Positions 1 to 10,060 of a stretch of DNA of 64,000 nucleotides are shown here, piece after piece (the stretch's first letter is position 1; the number at the start of each line of letters is the position of its first letter). The position numbers were made by a program, and so were the translations under genes. This DNA is from Candidatus Poribacteria bacterium (lineage in GTDB: Bacteria; Poribacteria; WGA-4E; PCPOR2b): positions 128,001-192,000 of the forward strand of contig OZ244587.1 in NCBI GenBank assembly GCA_965218095.1, in the 5' to 3' direction. The notes under the pieces are model-generated. The model did not search any database and had not been told where the DNA came from. It saw only the letters and a list, made by a program, of their open reading frames with translations.

Positions 1-929
1 TAGAGGAATGACTCATCCGCGAGAAATCGTCGGAGGTTCTCTTTGAAAAGCTGCCGCCGGTCCTCCCACATCTCGGGTGTCAGCGCCGAAGCGTGAGGCG
101 ATAAGATGACGTTATCCATATCCCACAAGGGGCTATCGGTGGGAAGGGGCTCCTCTGCCATGACATCCAGACCGGCGCCAGCGATTCGTCCCGCGCGCAG
201 CCCATCGATCAACGCTTCTTCGTCCACAATACCTCCTCGAGAGATCGCGATAAGGTAGGCTCCCGGCTTGAGTAATCCTATCCGGCGACGATCAATCAGC
301 CCCCGAGTTTCTGGCGTCAACGGCGCGGTGATGACAAACCAGTCCGAAATCTGGAGCAAATCATCCAACCGTTCAAGCCCCCAGACCGCCTTCACCTCTG
401 CCGGCGGAGTCGGCATTGGACGAATGTCAACGGCATACACTTCCATGCCGAAGCTGAGCGCCCGTCGCGCAACAGCCATTCCAATGCCTCCTAGCGCCAG
501 AATGCCGATGGTTCGCCCATTGAGCTCCACAATTCGCTCGTCGTATTTCTTGGTATCCCAACGGTGCGCTTTTTGGTCTTCCCACTGCTCACGCAAGCAA
601 TGGGTAAAGGTCAATATCATGCCAAACACATGATCGGCCATCGGGTTGGCGTGGGGACCACGCGCATTGGTCAGGATTACGTCGCTGTTTCGAATTTCAG
701 ATATCGAGACGGTTCGATCGATACCGGTGCCCGGGCATTGAATCCAGCGCAGCTTTTGGGCAGCAAGAAAGACTTCACGGGACGGGTCACCATAAAACAC
801 ATCCGCGTCCCGGATGTGCTGTATCTGCTCCTCCTGGGCGGTCGCCAACTGAAACGTCACGTCAGGAAAACTGGCACGAAGTTCGTTCAAAAATTGGCCA
901 CTTGTTCGGCCAGCCATTACAATTTTCAT
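1..929 (-). CDS. D-2-hydroxyacid dehydrogenase family protein (3' end runs off the window)
   Basis: Manual translation from ATG at 929: MKIVMAGRT...; motifs TIGILALGGIG, ISRGGIVDEEAL, GAGLDV, EEPLP and NVILSPH. Absent from the ORF track because there is no stop in the window. Confidence 0.9.
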   Translation of the reverse strand, partial: MKIVMAGRTSGQFLNELRASFPDVTFQLATAQEEQIQHIRDADVFYGDPSREVFLAAQKLRWIQCPGTGIDRTVSISEIRNSDVILTNARGPHANPMADHVFGMILTFTHCLREQWEDQKAHRWDTKKYDERIVELNGRTIGILALGGIGMAVARRALSFGMEVYAVDIRPMPTPPAEVKAVWGLERLDDLLQISDWFVITAPLTPETRGLIDRRRIGLLKPGAYLIAISRGGIVDEEALIDGLRAGRIAGAGLDVMAEEPLPTDSPLWDMDNVILSPHASALTPEMWEDRRQLFKENLRRFLADESFL

Positions 930-1349
930 TTGTCGTTACCTCGATTCTGGAAGATGTCACTTCTTGCACTTTGCCCCATATTCTGACATAAAGTTCCGGT
1001 GATTCGACATCAAAAAATGGGCCTATCAGGAAAAATCACCCCGGCATCCCAATCGGATTGAACCGGAAACGGGGAAGTGTTGTCCAAAACTGTATTCATG
1101 TAAAGTCAAGGAGAAAAAACTAGGAAATTTATTTGACAGCGGACTCGCCGATTTGCAAGTTCACACCGTAACTCGTATTAACCATACGAGTTTTTCACTT
1201 ACAGTCCAATGGCGCCGGCCGAGTGGGAGTTTACGACGTATCGAGACCAAGCAGATCGCTGCTAGCTTGGTTTCGATACGCTTCGCTACTTAACCGGCGT
1301 TCGCTAACTGAAAAAGTTGTATTAACCAGGCCACCTCTCTACAGGCTGT

Positions 1350-2570
1350 TTACGTCCCCCAACTGGCAATAAAGTCCTCGACACCGAAATCGGCCGGCAT
1401 CTCGTTGAAGTAGTAGCGCATTGGTCCCGATTGAAAGCCAGGGAAAAAGTGCTCCTCGCCTGCCTGAAGCCTGGTATTGAGCATCTTAAACCGCTCCCAT
1501 AGAGTTTCCGCCTCTGTCTGCGAGAAGCGATTGGCGAATTCTGGCCCCCAGTTCAAGGTGGTCGGGTGCCCACTCATCCCACGTCTGCAAAGGTCGTCAG
1601 GGATTTCCTCAAGGCCGGGGCGTCTTCGGAGATTGATAAAGCAAGCCGCTTTGCACAGAAACACGGTCGTGAGCATCACCCCTTTTTCGCCCCGGCCCGG
1701 CTGGAGTTTTTCCAGCGCAGTGTGGTAGGCACGGCTATCTTTTTCAATTGCGGCACGAAGCACAGACTCGGTGACATCCTGCATCTGCTTGCTGCGCTGC
1801 GCCCAGCGCTCAAGTGTCGCTTGGGCTAGGGTGGATAGATGCTTCGTGTAACTTAGGTCTTCATATTTCGTGAAGTTGCAGAAACCGCCATGAATGGTGC
1901 GTCGCATTCTGGTGCTGTAGTTGCTGCCCCAGTGTAAGATAGGCATGATGTAGACCACGCCGTCGCCAGCATTGAGGTGCGTTTGGACGGCACCGGGCAA
2001 CGGCACACGCGGGTCAGCCAGCAACTGACGGTCTTCTTCTTCGGTGTTGATACGAAGGTGGCTGCCAGGCACGACCCAAAGCACGTCGTCGTCGTAGAGA
2101 GGAATGTTCCACTGCACATAGCGAGGTCCCGTCTCGATGATGTCATCGATGTAGCCCTGGAGTGGTGCGGTGTCAATGGGATGAAGATCGCGATGCCATG
2201 CGGCTGGGCCACAATCGTGCACCGGATTACACATCAGCATCATCTCTGTTACCGCCGCGTCTGGTTCCTCCATCAGTTCAGCACTGATGCCTTGCGTGTT
2301 TTCGTGGAGCCAGATTTCCACTGTGTTGGCGGTCTGCTCGTCGATGAGATTTACCAGAGGACGTCGATCCAGAAGCAACCGCGGTTGCACGTCGGTCTCC
2401 CATACGCCGCCGGGCGGGTCGTCCGGTTTGCGGTCGCGTGCCCAGATTTCTCGCTGTCGATCGACCATGATCTCATAACCGGCGCGCAAAGCTCCCAGCT
2501 CATCCGGCGGGATGACGTTACGCAGGACCAGATACCCGTCTTCCATGAATTGGTCTTGATTGACTTGCAT
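1350..2570 (-). CDS. Phytanoyl-CoA dioxygenase (PhyH)-family Fe(II)/2OG dioxygenase
   Basis: F-x-EDGYLVLRNVI, WHRD, VVPGSH, AGDGV..HWG. Start moved to MQVNQDQF, which follows a GGAGG RBS. Confidence 0.85.
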   Translation of the reverse strand: MQVNQDQFMEDGYLVLRNVIPPDELGALRAGYEIMVDRQREIWARDRKPDDPPGGVWETDVQPRLLLDRRPLVNLIDEQTANTVEIWLHENTQGISAELMEEPDAAVTEMMLMCNPVHDCGPAAWHRDLHPIDTAPLQGYIDDIIETGPRYVQWNIPLYDDDVLWVVPGSHLRINTEEEDRQLLADPRVPLPGAVQTHLNAGDGVVYIMPILHWGSNYSTRMRRTIHGGFCNFTKYEDLSYTKHLSTLAQATLERWAQRSKQMQDVTESVLRAAIEKDSRAYHTALEKLQPGRGEKGVMLTTVFLCKAACFINLRRRPGLEEIPDDLCRRGMSGHPTTLNWGPEFANRFSQTEAETLWERFKMLNTRLQAGEEHFFPGFQSGPMRYYFNEMPADFGVEDFIASWGT

Positions 2571-2632
2571 TGTTGTGCCTCCTTGTTGGTTACACTCAAC
2601 GAGAGTATACGCTTTGGGATGAGTCAAGCGGG

Positions 2633-3199
2633 TCAGGGAATTAGGGGGTAACAGATTTGCACATCGATTGAAGGCCTTGTCAGTACAGACGTAATCTTCT
2701 CAACAATACCATCCGCACGACTACGAATCTCCTCCTGCGTCAGACTCTGGATGGGATGTTCAACAGTCGTCGGGTGGAAGTCGCGGTAGCCGAGCGACTT
2801 GGCTTGGACTTCTCCGGCGGCGAAAAACACATCCGAGCAGATCGCCACGCTTGGGATGCCGCGTTCTTCTAAAGCCGTTCCATCGTGCACACTGCACGAT
2901 ATACACGACCCTCAGTCCGCCAGCCCTTCAACCACAAAGTCGCACTGATCAGCAAGCTGCATGATAGTTTCCATCGGGGCGGGACGCGCAAATGTCGGTT
3001 TTCTCGCGTGAATTATATCCGCGAGCTCGAATTGCTCGCGCATGAGTTCTTCGACACGTTCGAGGAAAATATCGCTGCCATTTTTGCCGATGTTCAGCAC
3101 CCCCATCACCTTGCCGTTAAGGTCGTCAAGACGCGGCGCGAGAAATTTGTCGGATGTGTTGCTTGGAGCCATTGGATCGAGTAAAATTGTGTTTGTCAT
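2633..3199 (-). CDS. UGSC-family selenoprotein (in-frame UGA at 2914-2912)
   Basis: ORFs 2912-3199 and 2633-2890 are in frame; the junction reads EGLAD-TGA-GSCISCSVHDG (UGSC motif), with a hairpin immediately downstream. Confidence 0.9.
2882..2900 (-). promoter_or_regulatory. Bacterial SECIS-like hairpin
   Basis: ATCGTGCA-GTG-TGCACGAT, a perfect 8-bp stem starting 12 nt after the UGA; loop begins with G. Confidence 0.8.
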
Positions 3200-3419
3200 G
3201 AGAAACCTCCTGCTTAAAAATCCCTGCTTTTTTTCCCACTTTCACCGTTCCCTGTTTTATTTTAGCCAACGGTTAGAATGGAATCCTTAGAAAGCCTTCA
3301 TGGCAAAACTCATAAAATCATGCAACAGAAACCTATCCAGCACCTCACTCAGCAAAATCAACTGTTACTTGAGGATAGGTCAAAGCTGTCATGGTGGAAG
3401 CAAATATTCAGTAAGTAAT

Positions 3420-3589
3420 CTATAACTTGGTTAACAGTTCCTTTTTCTTAGATTCAAACTCCTCCTCAGTCGGGATACCTTGATCCTTCAACTCAGCGAG
3501 CTTCCTAATTTGGTCGGGAACGTCTACTGTTGACTCAGACTGGGTGTTTTCCCGATCAGTTTTCTCTATCTTCGATTTTACATACTCTA
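3420..3589 (-). pseudogene. C-terminal fragment of a SHOCT-domain protein, truncated by an IS
   Basis: VDVPDQIRKLAELKDQGIPTEEEFESKKKELLTKL-stop; abuts the IS left end. Confidence 0.7.
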
Positions 3590-4639
3590 ACGACTTGTGC
3601 TAGTTAAAAGGCAAAGGAAGTGCTATCCTTTGAGAGAAGTTACTTATCTCGAATGAAAGAGAGGAAGCATTTCAATGGAGTTATGTCAAAAGCTGGGTGC
3701 CGCTTTCGCACAAGAAGGAATCACGTCGCTGAATCTCGAAGACTTGCTGAGTGTGAGTTTCATTGTTATTGATGATTTGTATGAACACCATTTCCCCGAT
3801 GGAATGCCCCATCGGGGTGTCCCCAATAGCAACCTAGCCGACAGTGAAGTAATAACCATCGCTTGGGGCGGTGAGATGGTTAGCATTGATAGTCAACGGG
3901 TTGGTATAACCTTGTCAAAAAGGAGTTCTGCCATCTATTTCCGCATTTACCTGAGTGAACTCGATTTAATCGTCGGCGTCGTAATCTGTCGGGAGTAAGT
4001 GGAAAACTTAAACAAGCACTCAACGATGAACTTCCGTTAAATGACATCTTCATTGTCGATAGCTTGGCTGTCCCCCTCTGTGACTTTAAGCGTGCGCATT
4101 CTTCCACATCGCCTCTCAAGTGTCAGGACCTACGGGTATTGTGAAACCAAAGGATTGGGTACATTCTTAGGATTTCGCGTTCATCTAATCATCAAGGCGT
4201 ACCCCTCGCTTTTTCCGTACCCAATGCCAATGTTGATGAGCGGGAGGTGCTTTCGACGATGTGTGAAACAGGCGATTATCCCCTGATAATTGGAGACAAA
4301 GGTTACATTTCAGACCCATTGAGTGAGATGCTCCTTGAGTTGGATGGGATTCGCTTATTCGCTATCAAGCGTGAGAATCAGAAGTCACAACATACGCCAC
4401 AACTCCGGCGGAATCTCAATTGGATTCGGAGACGAATTGAAACTACCATCAATCAACTCAATGACCAGTTTCATCTCTGTCGAATCAGAGCGCGTTATCA
4501 TTGGGGCATGTTGACCCGAATTATTGATAAGCTAGCGGGGTTCAGCTTAGCAGTTTTGCTCAACCGCAGTCTAGGACGACCGCTTATGGAAATCAAAGAC
4601 TTAGTTTTCGCATAGCCTATATCAACTAGCACAAGTCGT
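3590..4639 (+). mobile_element. IS982-family insertion sequence with a frameshifted transposase
   Basis: Perfect 16-bp TIRs ACGACTTGTGCTAGTT (3590-3605) and AACTAGCACAAGTCGT (4624-4639). Transposase fragments: LADSEVITI, YGYC..K...GFRVHL, IGDKGYIS, RRRIETTINQL. Confidence 0.85.
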
Positions 4640-4765
4640 ATTGTTATTATTATCGTCATTGTCATCGTCTCCACAGGCAACCATAAAGACAACTAGCATG
4701 ACTGACAATCAGAAAACGAATCCTTTCCAACCTTTCTGCGTTTCTAATGCCTTGCAGAATTGCAT
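4640..4765 (-). pseudogene. N-terminal fragment of a lipoprotein, truncated by the IS
   Basis: ...LVVFMVAC-GDDDNDDNNNN lipobox-like sequence with an internal TGA; ends at the IS right TIR. Confidence 0.45.
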
Positions 4766-4890
4766 CTTTTCTACCCTTGGTTCAGAAGTTCACTCGTTCA
4801 GGAGTTCAGTTGTTCAAGAGTTCAAACTTCATGGGGCCGTGAACATTTGAACAACTGAACCAATGTACCAATCAACCCATGAACTCACAA

Positions 4891-5769
4891 TCAACTAATC
4901 AGACCCGCATCTTTCAGCGTCTCGCGCAGTTTTTCCAGATTTGCGCTCGACAGCGGTGCGAGCGGAAGCCGCAGTTTGCCGTTGAGTTTTCCCATCAGCA
5001 TGAGGGCAGTTTTAGCGGGAATAGGATTGGTCTCAATAAAGAGATTCACCGCCAACGGCATGGTTTTGTAGTGGAACTTTCGAGCGAGTTCGATATTCCC
5101 CACTTTGAACGCATTGCACATCTCGGCGACATCAGCGGGGTCAACATTCGCCACGACGGAGATTACACCTTTTCCGCCGACAGAGAGGATTGGCAACGTG
5201 TTGATATCATCACCCGAAAGCACGACGAAATCGTCAGGACACATCAATACCAGTTCGCTGGAACGCTTCAAGTCACCTGTTGCCTCTTTGAGTCCCACGA
5301 TATTCGGGTGTTCGGCAAGTCGAGCGACTGTTTCAGAGAGAATGTCCGTACCACAGCGTCCAGGAACATTGTAGATGATAATCGGAATGTCAACGCTGTC
5401 AGCGATTTTCATGTAGTGTGCGTATAACCCCTGCTGATTCGGCTTGTTGTAGTATGGCGTCACGATGAGTGCAGCATCGGCGCCGGTGGCTTTGGCGTGC
5501 CTCGTTGCTCGCAAAGTTCGTGTTGTCGAATTCGAGCCTGTTCCCGCAATGACTGGCACGCGGCCGTTGACTGTCTCGACAGCAAGTCCTACCACACGGT
5601 CATGCTCTTCATCTGAAAGCGATGGGGATTCGCCGGTGGTACCGCAGGGAACAATCCCGTGTATACCCCCATCGATCTGAAATTCGAGCAACTCTTTGAG
5701 TTTGGCTTCATCAAGGGATTCATCGTCTTTGAATGGTGTCACAAGTGCGACAAAAGATCCTTCAAACAT
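4891..5769 (-). CDS. dapA: 4-hydroxy-tetrahydrodipicolinate synthase
   Basis: ALVTPF, GTTGES, TPYYNKP, YNVPGR, GLKEATG, ETNPIPAK. Start at MFEGSF after a GGAGG RBS. Confidence 0.95.
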   Translation of the reverse strand: MFEGSFVALVTPFKDDESLDEAKLKELLEFQIDGGIHGIVPCGTTGESPSLSDEEHDRVVGLAVETVNGRVPVIAGTGSNSTTRTLRATRHAKATGADAALIVTPYYNKPNQQGLYAHYMKIADSVDIPIIIYNVPGRCGTDILSETVARLAEHPNIVGLKEATGDLKRSSELVLMCPDDFVVLSGDDINTLPILSVGGKGVISVVANVDPADVAEMCNAFKVGNIELARKFHYKTMPLAVNLFIETNPIPAKTALMLMGKLNGKLRLPLAPLSSANLEKLRETLKDAGLIS

Positions 5770-5850
5770 TTTTGACCTCCTTGAAATCATCCATCGGAAA
5801 AACCGAGATGGTCATTGATATACCGGTTTTGAATGACACTGACTTCGGTA

Positions 5851-5914
5851 AGGCAGAATAGAAAGAATGGAAGAACTCTTTTCCTTCCTTCCATTCCGTT
5901 CTTCCATTCTTCCA
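5851..5914. repeat. Short-unit (GAATGGAA / TTCCATTC-like) inverted tandem repeat
   Basis: GAATAGAAAGAATGGAAGAA followed by TTCCTTCCTTCCATTCCGTTCTTCCATTCTTCC. Confidence 0.6.
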
Positions 5915-5918
5915 GCTT

Positions 5919-6473
5919 TTACTTCATCATACCCTCCTGCTTTTTGAAATCTTCATACTTCTCAACTTCCTCCTCTAGTTCTTGGTAGGTTTGAGAAGCA
6001 CGAAAGCGATTATACATGTTCTGCTGATTCCGGAAGCCCTCAACAAGGGCTGCATTTGCATCCCCAAGGGCCAGTTCCATCAACACATAAGCGCGGTAGC
6101 TTATCCCATCTTCCACCACCATTTGTTTTCTCGTCTGCAATCCGTTGAGAACTTTAGCAGTGACCGATTTGAAGACATCTGTTGTCTGGCTCAACAATTC
6201 GGCGTCCTCGCCTATGCCGACTTGTTCGCGAAATCGTTTGAATAGAGAATTGATTTTGACTCGGTCTGTCGTGTAATATCGTTGCTTGCCGCTTGTTTCG
6301 CACTAGTTACCGCCAACTGCAGATCTCTCTGAGTATCGGTTGCCGCGGCATAAAGGTAGTTTGGATCGTCAGGGAGGTTAGTATACCAACCACCAGTAAT
6401 CGACCGCAAGGCAGGGCGCAGCAAAAATTGCAATCAGCAACACAGATAGACAAATCCCGTTTGTCTTTTTCAT
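5919..6473 (-). pseudogene. LPP20-like exported protein, frameshifted
   Basis: Signal-like start MKKTNGICLSVLLIAIF at 6473; fragments WYTNLPDDPNYLYAAAT..DLQLAV and YRAYVLMEL lie in shifted frames relative to the start. Confidence 0.6.
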
Positions 6474-6515
6474 AATTCGCCTTCAAACAAATTTGTCTCT
6501 TAACGATTCAGGCTT

Positions 6516-6544
6516 ATTTTAACCCATCTCAGGCAGGGTGTCAA
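6516..6544 (-). promoter_or_regulatory. sigma70-type promoter for the LPP20/dapA region
   Basis: TTGACA-17 nt-TAAAAT on the minus strand. Confidence 0.6.
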
Positions 6545-6716
6545 TAGAGTATTTCTAAACCGGACAATTAAGTAATTTTCGGATTGGCGATTAGCTGGGA
6601 TGAACACCCGGCAAAACTCAAGGGAGGTGAGAAGGTCGTCACCTGTACCCCTCATTTTCTCATTATGGCCTATTCGTTTATTCACGGATTCATGTCAGCT
6701 TCTTGGAAGGTTTTGC

Positions 6717-6745
6717 TTGCATTTCCTATAGCAGTGTGCTACAAT
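6717..6745 (+). promoter_or_regulatory. sigma70-type promoter of the EF-G gene
   Basis: TTGCAT-17 nt-TACAAT with an extended -10 TG. Confidence 0.55.
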
Positions 6746-6794
6746 CACCCAATGTTTGTGGTTAGATTGACCCCGTAAGGAGATAGGACTATCT

Positions 6795-8864
6795 ATGAAG
6801 GAATACAGGACGGAACAGATTCGGAATATCGGTATTATCGCACATTCTGGTGCGGGGAAAACTTCACTGATTGAAGCGATACTCTATAACGGAGGCACAA
6901 TTGAGCGGATGGGGCAAGTAGATAATGGAAATTCAGTTTCAGACTACGCTCCCGATGAGATTGAACGCAAAACGACAATTAACTGTTCTGTGTGTGTCGC
7001 CGAATGGAAAGGGTATAAATTAAATGTACTTGATACGCCCGGTGCAGACGATTTTTATGGAGACCTTGATAGCGTGCTCCGTGTGGTAGACGCAGTGATC
7101 GTGGTGATTGATGCGACAACCGGCGTCGAGGGTGGTACGGAAAAGGTGTGGGAAGTCACCAATAAATATGAATTACCCCGGATCATTTTTATTAACAAAA
7201 TGGATAAAGAGAACGCCAGTTTTGATAACGCGCTTGCGAGTGTCGGTGAGATTCTTGAAGCCCGCACAACGGTGATGCACTTGCCAATTGGTAAAGAAGC
7301 CGATTTCAAAGGTGTCGTAGATCTCGTACAGATGAGGGCGTTCATCGAACCGGATGGGAATACGCCAACGCCAAAGTCGGAGATTCCTGCCGAACTCCAA
7401 GAACAGGCTGAGGAAATGCGAGAACAACTTGTTGAGGCTGCGGCAGAAAGCGATGATGAACTGATTGAAAAATTCTTTGAAGGTGAGCTAACTGATGAGG
7501 AAATCAGCGACGGACTGTGCACAGGGTTCTGCGTCAATCAGTTTGTTCCGGTGCTTTGTGGCTCCGCGCTCCAGAATATCGGCATCCAATCGCTGATGGA
7601 TACGATCATCAATTGCTGCCGATCTCCAGCGGATGCCAGGCCGATTATAGGGATCGATGGTGAAACAACTCATGAAGCGTCTCCGGACGCACCGTTATCT
7701 GCGTTGGTCTTCAAGACACTGGCGGATCCATTTGCAGGGCGTCTTAGTTTCTTTCGCGTGTATTCCGGCATTCTAAACGGCGATTCCCAGGTTTACAACG
7801 CGACCAAAGCACAAAATGAGCGGATCGGCAAGCTCTCATTCATGAATGGAAAAGACGCCATTAACACACCACAGGTTGTTGCAGGTGATCTTGGCGTTGT
7901 CGCGAAACTGACGCTTGCGCAAACGAGTGACACGTTCTGCGAAGTCGGGAGTTCATTCCAACTTCCCGAAATCGATTTCCCTAAACCTGTGATTTCATTT
8001 GCAATCAAGCCGGCGCGAGAAGGGGATGACGAGAAATTGAGTTCAACCCTCGCTCGGATGACGGAGGAAGATCCGGCCTTTAAGGTCGAACGGAACAGTA
8101 CAACGAAGCAGTTGCTGGTTTCTGGTCTTGGTGAGGTGCATCTCAACGTCATACGTAATCGAATGAAAGACAAATTCGGGCTTGAGACCGAAACTGAAGC
8201 ACCCAAAGTTCCCTATCAGGAAACGATTCGCGGGCGTGTGAATGGCATCCAGGGCAGGTACAAACGTCAGTCGGGTGGACGCGGGCAATTTGGCGAAGTT
8301 TGGATTAATCTCTCTCCCCTTGAACGCGGTCGTGGTTTTGAATTCATCAACAACATTGTGGGCGGTTCTATCCCACGCAACTATATCCCGGCGGTCGAAA
8401 AAGGCATCCGTGAAGCAATGGCTCAAGGGGTGATTGTGGGCTATCCCTTCGTGGACGCCGAGGTTGATCTTTACGACGGTAAGCACCACGCTGTTGATTC
8501 TTCCGATATGGCTTTCCAGATTGCGGGTTCTTTCGCGTTCAGAGATGCAGCGAGTCAATGCAATCCCGTACTGCTTGAGCCGATTATGAATGTCACGATC
8601 TCCGTCCCCGAGCAGTTCATGGGGGACGTTATCGGCGATCTCAATAGCAAACGCGGCCGAATCATGGGCGTTGAACAGGCAGGAAAACGTCAGGTGATTC
8701 AAGCCAACGTGCCGCTTGCAGAGATGTTCCGTTACTCTATCGACCTCAAATCGATTACGAGCGCCCGAGGCAGCTTCACAATGGAGTTCGGGCGCTACGA
8801 GGAAGTCCCCGATGAGATTGCCCAAAAGGTAATCGCTCAAGTGAAAGCAGAAGCAGATGAGTAG
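6795..8864 (+). CDS. fusA: Elongation factor G (EF-G2-type paralog)
   Basis: IRNIGIIAHSGAGKTS, DTPG, NKMD, KRQSGGRGQFG, HAVDSSDMAF, LLEPIM. Not in an rpsL-rpsG-tuf context. Confidence 0.92.
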   Translation: MKEYRTEQIRNIGIIAHSGAGKTSLIEAILYNGGTIERMGQVDNGNSVSDYAPDEIERKTTINCSVCVAEWKGYKLNVLDTPGADDFYGDLDSVLRVVDAVIVVIDATTGVEGGTEKVWEVTNKYELPRIIFINKMDKENASFDNALASVGEILEARTTVMHLPIGKEADFKGVVDLVQMRAFIEPDGNTPTPKSEIPAELQEQAEEMREQLVEAAAESDDELIEKFFEGELTDEEISDGLCTGFCVNQFVPVLCGSALQNIGIQSLMDTIINCCRSPADARPIIGIDGETTHEASPDAPLSALVFKTLADPFAGRLSFFRVYSGILNGDSQVYNATKAQNERIGKLSFMNGKDAINTPQVVAGDLGVVAKLTLAQTSDTFCEVGSSFQLPEIDFPKPVISFAIKPAREGDDEKLSSTLARMTEEDPAFKVERNSTTKQLLVSGLGEVHLNVIRNRMKDKFGLETETEAPKVPYQETIRGRVNGIQGRYKRQSGGRGQFGEVWINLSPLERGRGFEFINNIVGGSIPRNYIPAVEKGIREAMAQGVIVGYPFVDAEVDLYDGKHHAVDSSDMAFQIAGSFAFRDAASQCNPVLLEPIMNVTISVPEQFMGDVIGDLNSKRGRIMGVEQAGKRQVIQANVPLAEMFRYSIDLKSITSARGSFTMEFGRYEEVPDEIAQKVIAQVKAEADE

Positions 8865-8994
8865 ATAAATACGTTTTGCGTGAAAATTAAAACAAAACGT
8901 GGACGAAATCCCCTCGATACGTGGAGATTTCTGAAGTGTACATTAGCGCGCGAAATAGTGTGGGTGAATGAAACCCCTATGACTACTGAATCGC

Positions 8995-9030
8995 AGCCTC
9001 GCGTAACTTCGGTTATGTGAGGCTTTTTTA
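8995..9030 (+). terminator. Rho-independent terminator after fusA
   Basis: AGCCTCGCGTAAC-TTCG-GTTATGTGAGGCT followed by a T tract. Confidence 0.75.
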
Positions 9031-9095
9031 TTGCTTCCAGTTAAGTGTCCGTGCGAAAATAAGGATGTTTCTATCATCTTCTGAACTCATTCAGT

Positions 9096-9839
9096 GTGGT
9101 TGATGGGGTGATTTATGTCATTGGTGGGGTAAATTGGTGGCTGCCCACACCCATGCGCAGTACCGTTGAAGCGTATGACTCCGTAACCGATACGTGGTCA
9201 GAAAAGGCGGACATGTCAGCGCCGAAGGCGTGGCTGACTACCGCAGCGGTCAATGGAAGAATCTACGCCATCGGCGGTATGCAGAGGCTCCCCAATGGGG
9301 ATTGGACAATATTGGACGACGTCGAAGAATACGACCGTGTGAGAGATGTGTGGACGAAAAAGCAGGACATGCCGGCCCCAAGAGCTTTCTTAGGGGCTGC
9401 GGTCGTTGATGATAGAATTTATGTCACTGACGGCTTTGGTGTTGAATTTCTCTTGTCGAGGGTCGAAATCTACACTCCCGCTAAGGACAGGTGGAGCAAC
9501 GGGAGCCTGATGCCGATGCCACTAGAAACTGTCAAAGTCGGGGTAGATGGAAAAATCTATGTGATTGGCGGTGAGAACACATCGCCGCTTGTGGAAATTT
9601 ACGATACCACAACCCGAAAATGGTCGGTGGGAACTCAGATGCCAACGGGCAGAGACCGTTTATCGACCAGTGTGGTCAATGGAAAAATCTATGCCATTGG
9701 TGGCGCGAATGCAGACCTAGACGCGGCATACAAGACGGTAGAAGTCTACGACCCTCAAGGCGACCCCAATGAGCCATTCGCGGTTTCTCCACAAGGCAGG
9801 TTGGCAACGATGTGGGGAGAGATAAAAGAGCGCCATTAG
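9096..9839 (+). CDS. Kelch-repeat protein with a C-terminal AVxPxGxLATxWGxIK motif (possibly 5'-truncated)
   Basis: Repeated VNGKIYAIGG...VEVYDP...W units; no signal peptide at the GTG start. Confidence 0.85.
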   Translation: MVDGVIYVIGGVNWWLPTPMRSTVEAYDSVTDTWSEKADMSAPKAWLTTAAVNGRIYAIGGMQRLPNGDWTILDDVEEYDRVRDVWTKKQDMPAPRAFLGAAVVDDRIYVTDGFGVEFLLSRVEIYTPAKDRWSNGSLMPMPLETVKVGVDGKIYVIGGENTSPLVEIYDTTTRKWSVGTQMPTGRDRLSTSVVNGKIYAIGGANADLDAAYKTVEVYDPQGDPNEPFAVSPQGRLATMWGEIKERH

Positions 9840-9879
9840 CGTACGGGTGTGGCAATTCAAGCGGCTTGGCACTGGCGCC

Positions 9880-10060
9880 AATAGCTTTCTGGTCATTGAG
9901 CATCATCTCTCTGAAAGCCACGACGTTATCAGCTCCGTCTCGACTCCAATTCTGTCCTCGGAATTTCAAGCGATGGCAGACCAGTAAATCAATAGTCTTT
10001 TCCACAAAGACGCTGCTAATGAAATACCCATTTTTTCGGTAGATATGGTAATCAGGTAAA
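9880..10060 (-). pseudogene. Transposase C-terminal remnant (ISKra4/ISLre2-like)
   Basis: YHIYRKNGYFISSVFVEKTIDLLVCHRLKFRGQNWSRDGADNVVAFR. Confidence 0.6.

Noticed and set aside
4709-4711. In-frame TGA in the lipoprotein fragment as Sec
   Set aside because: It lies within a signal-peptide-like region of an IS-truncated gene, with no SECIS-like hairpin.
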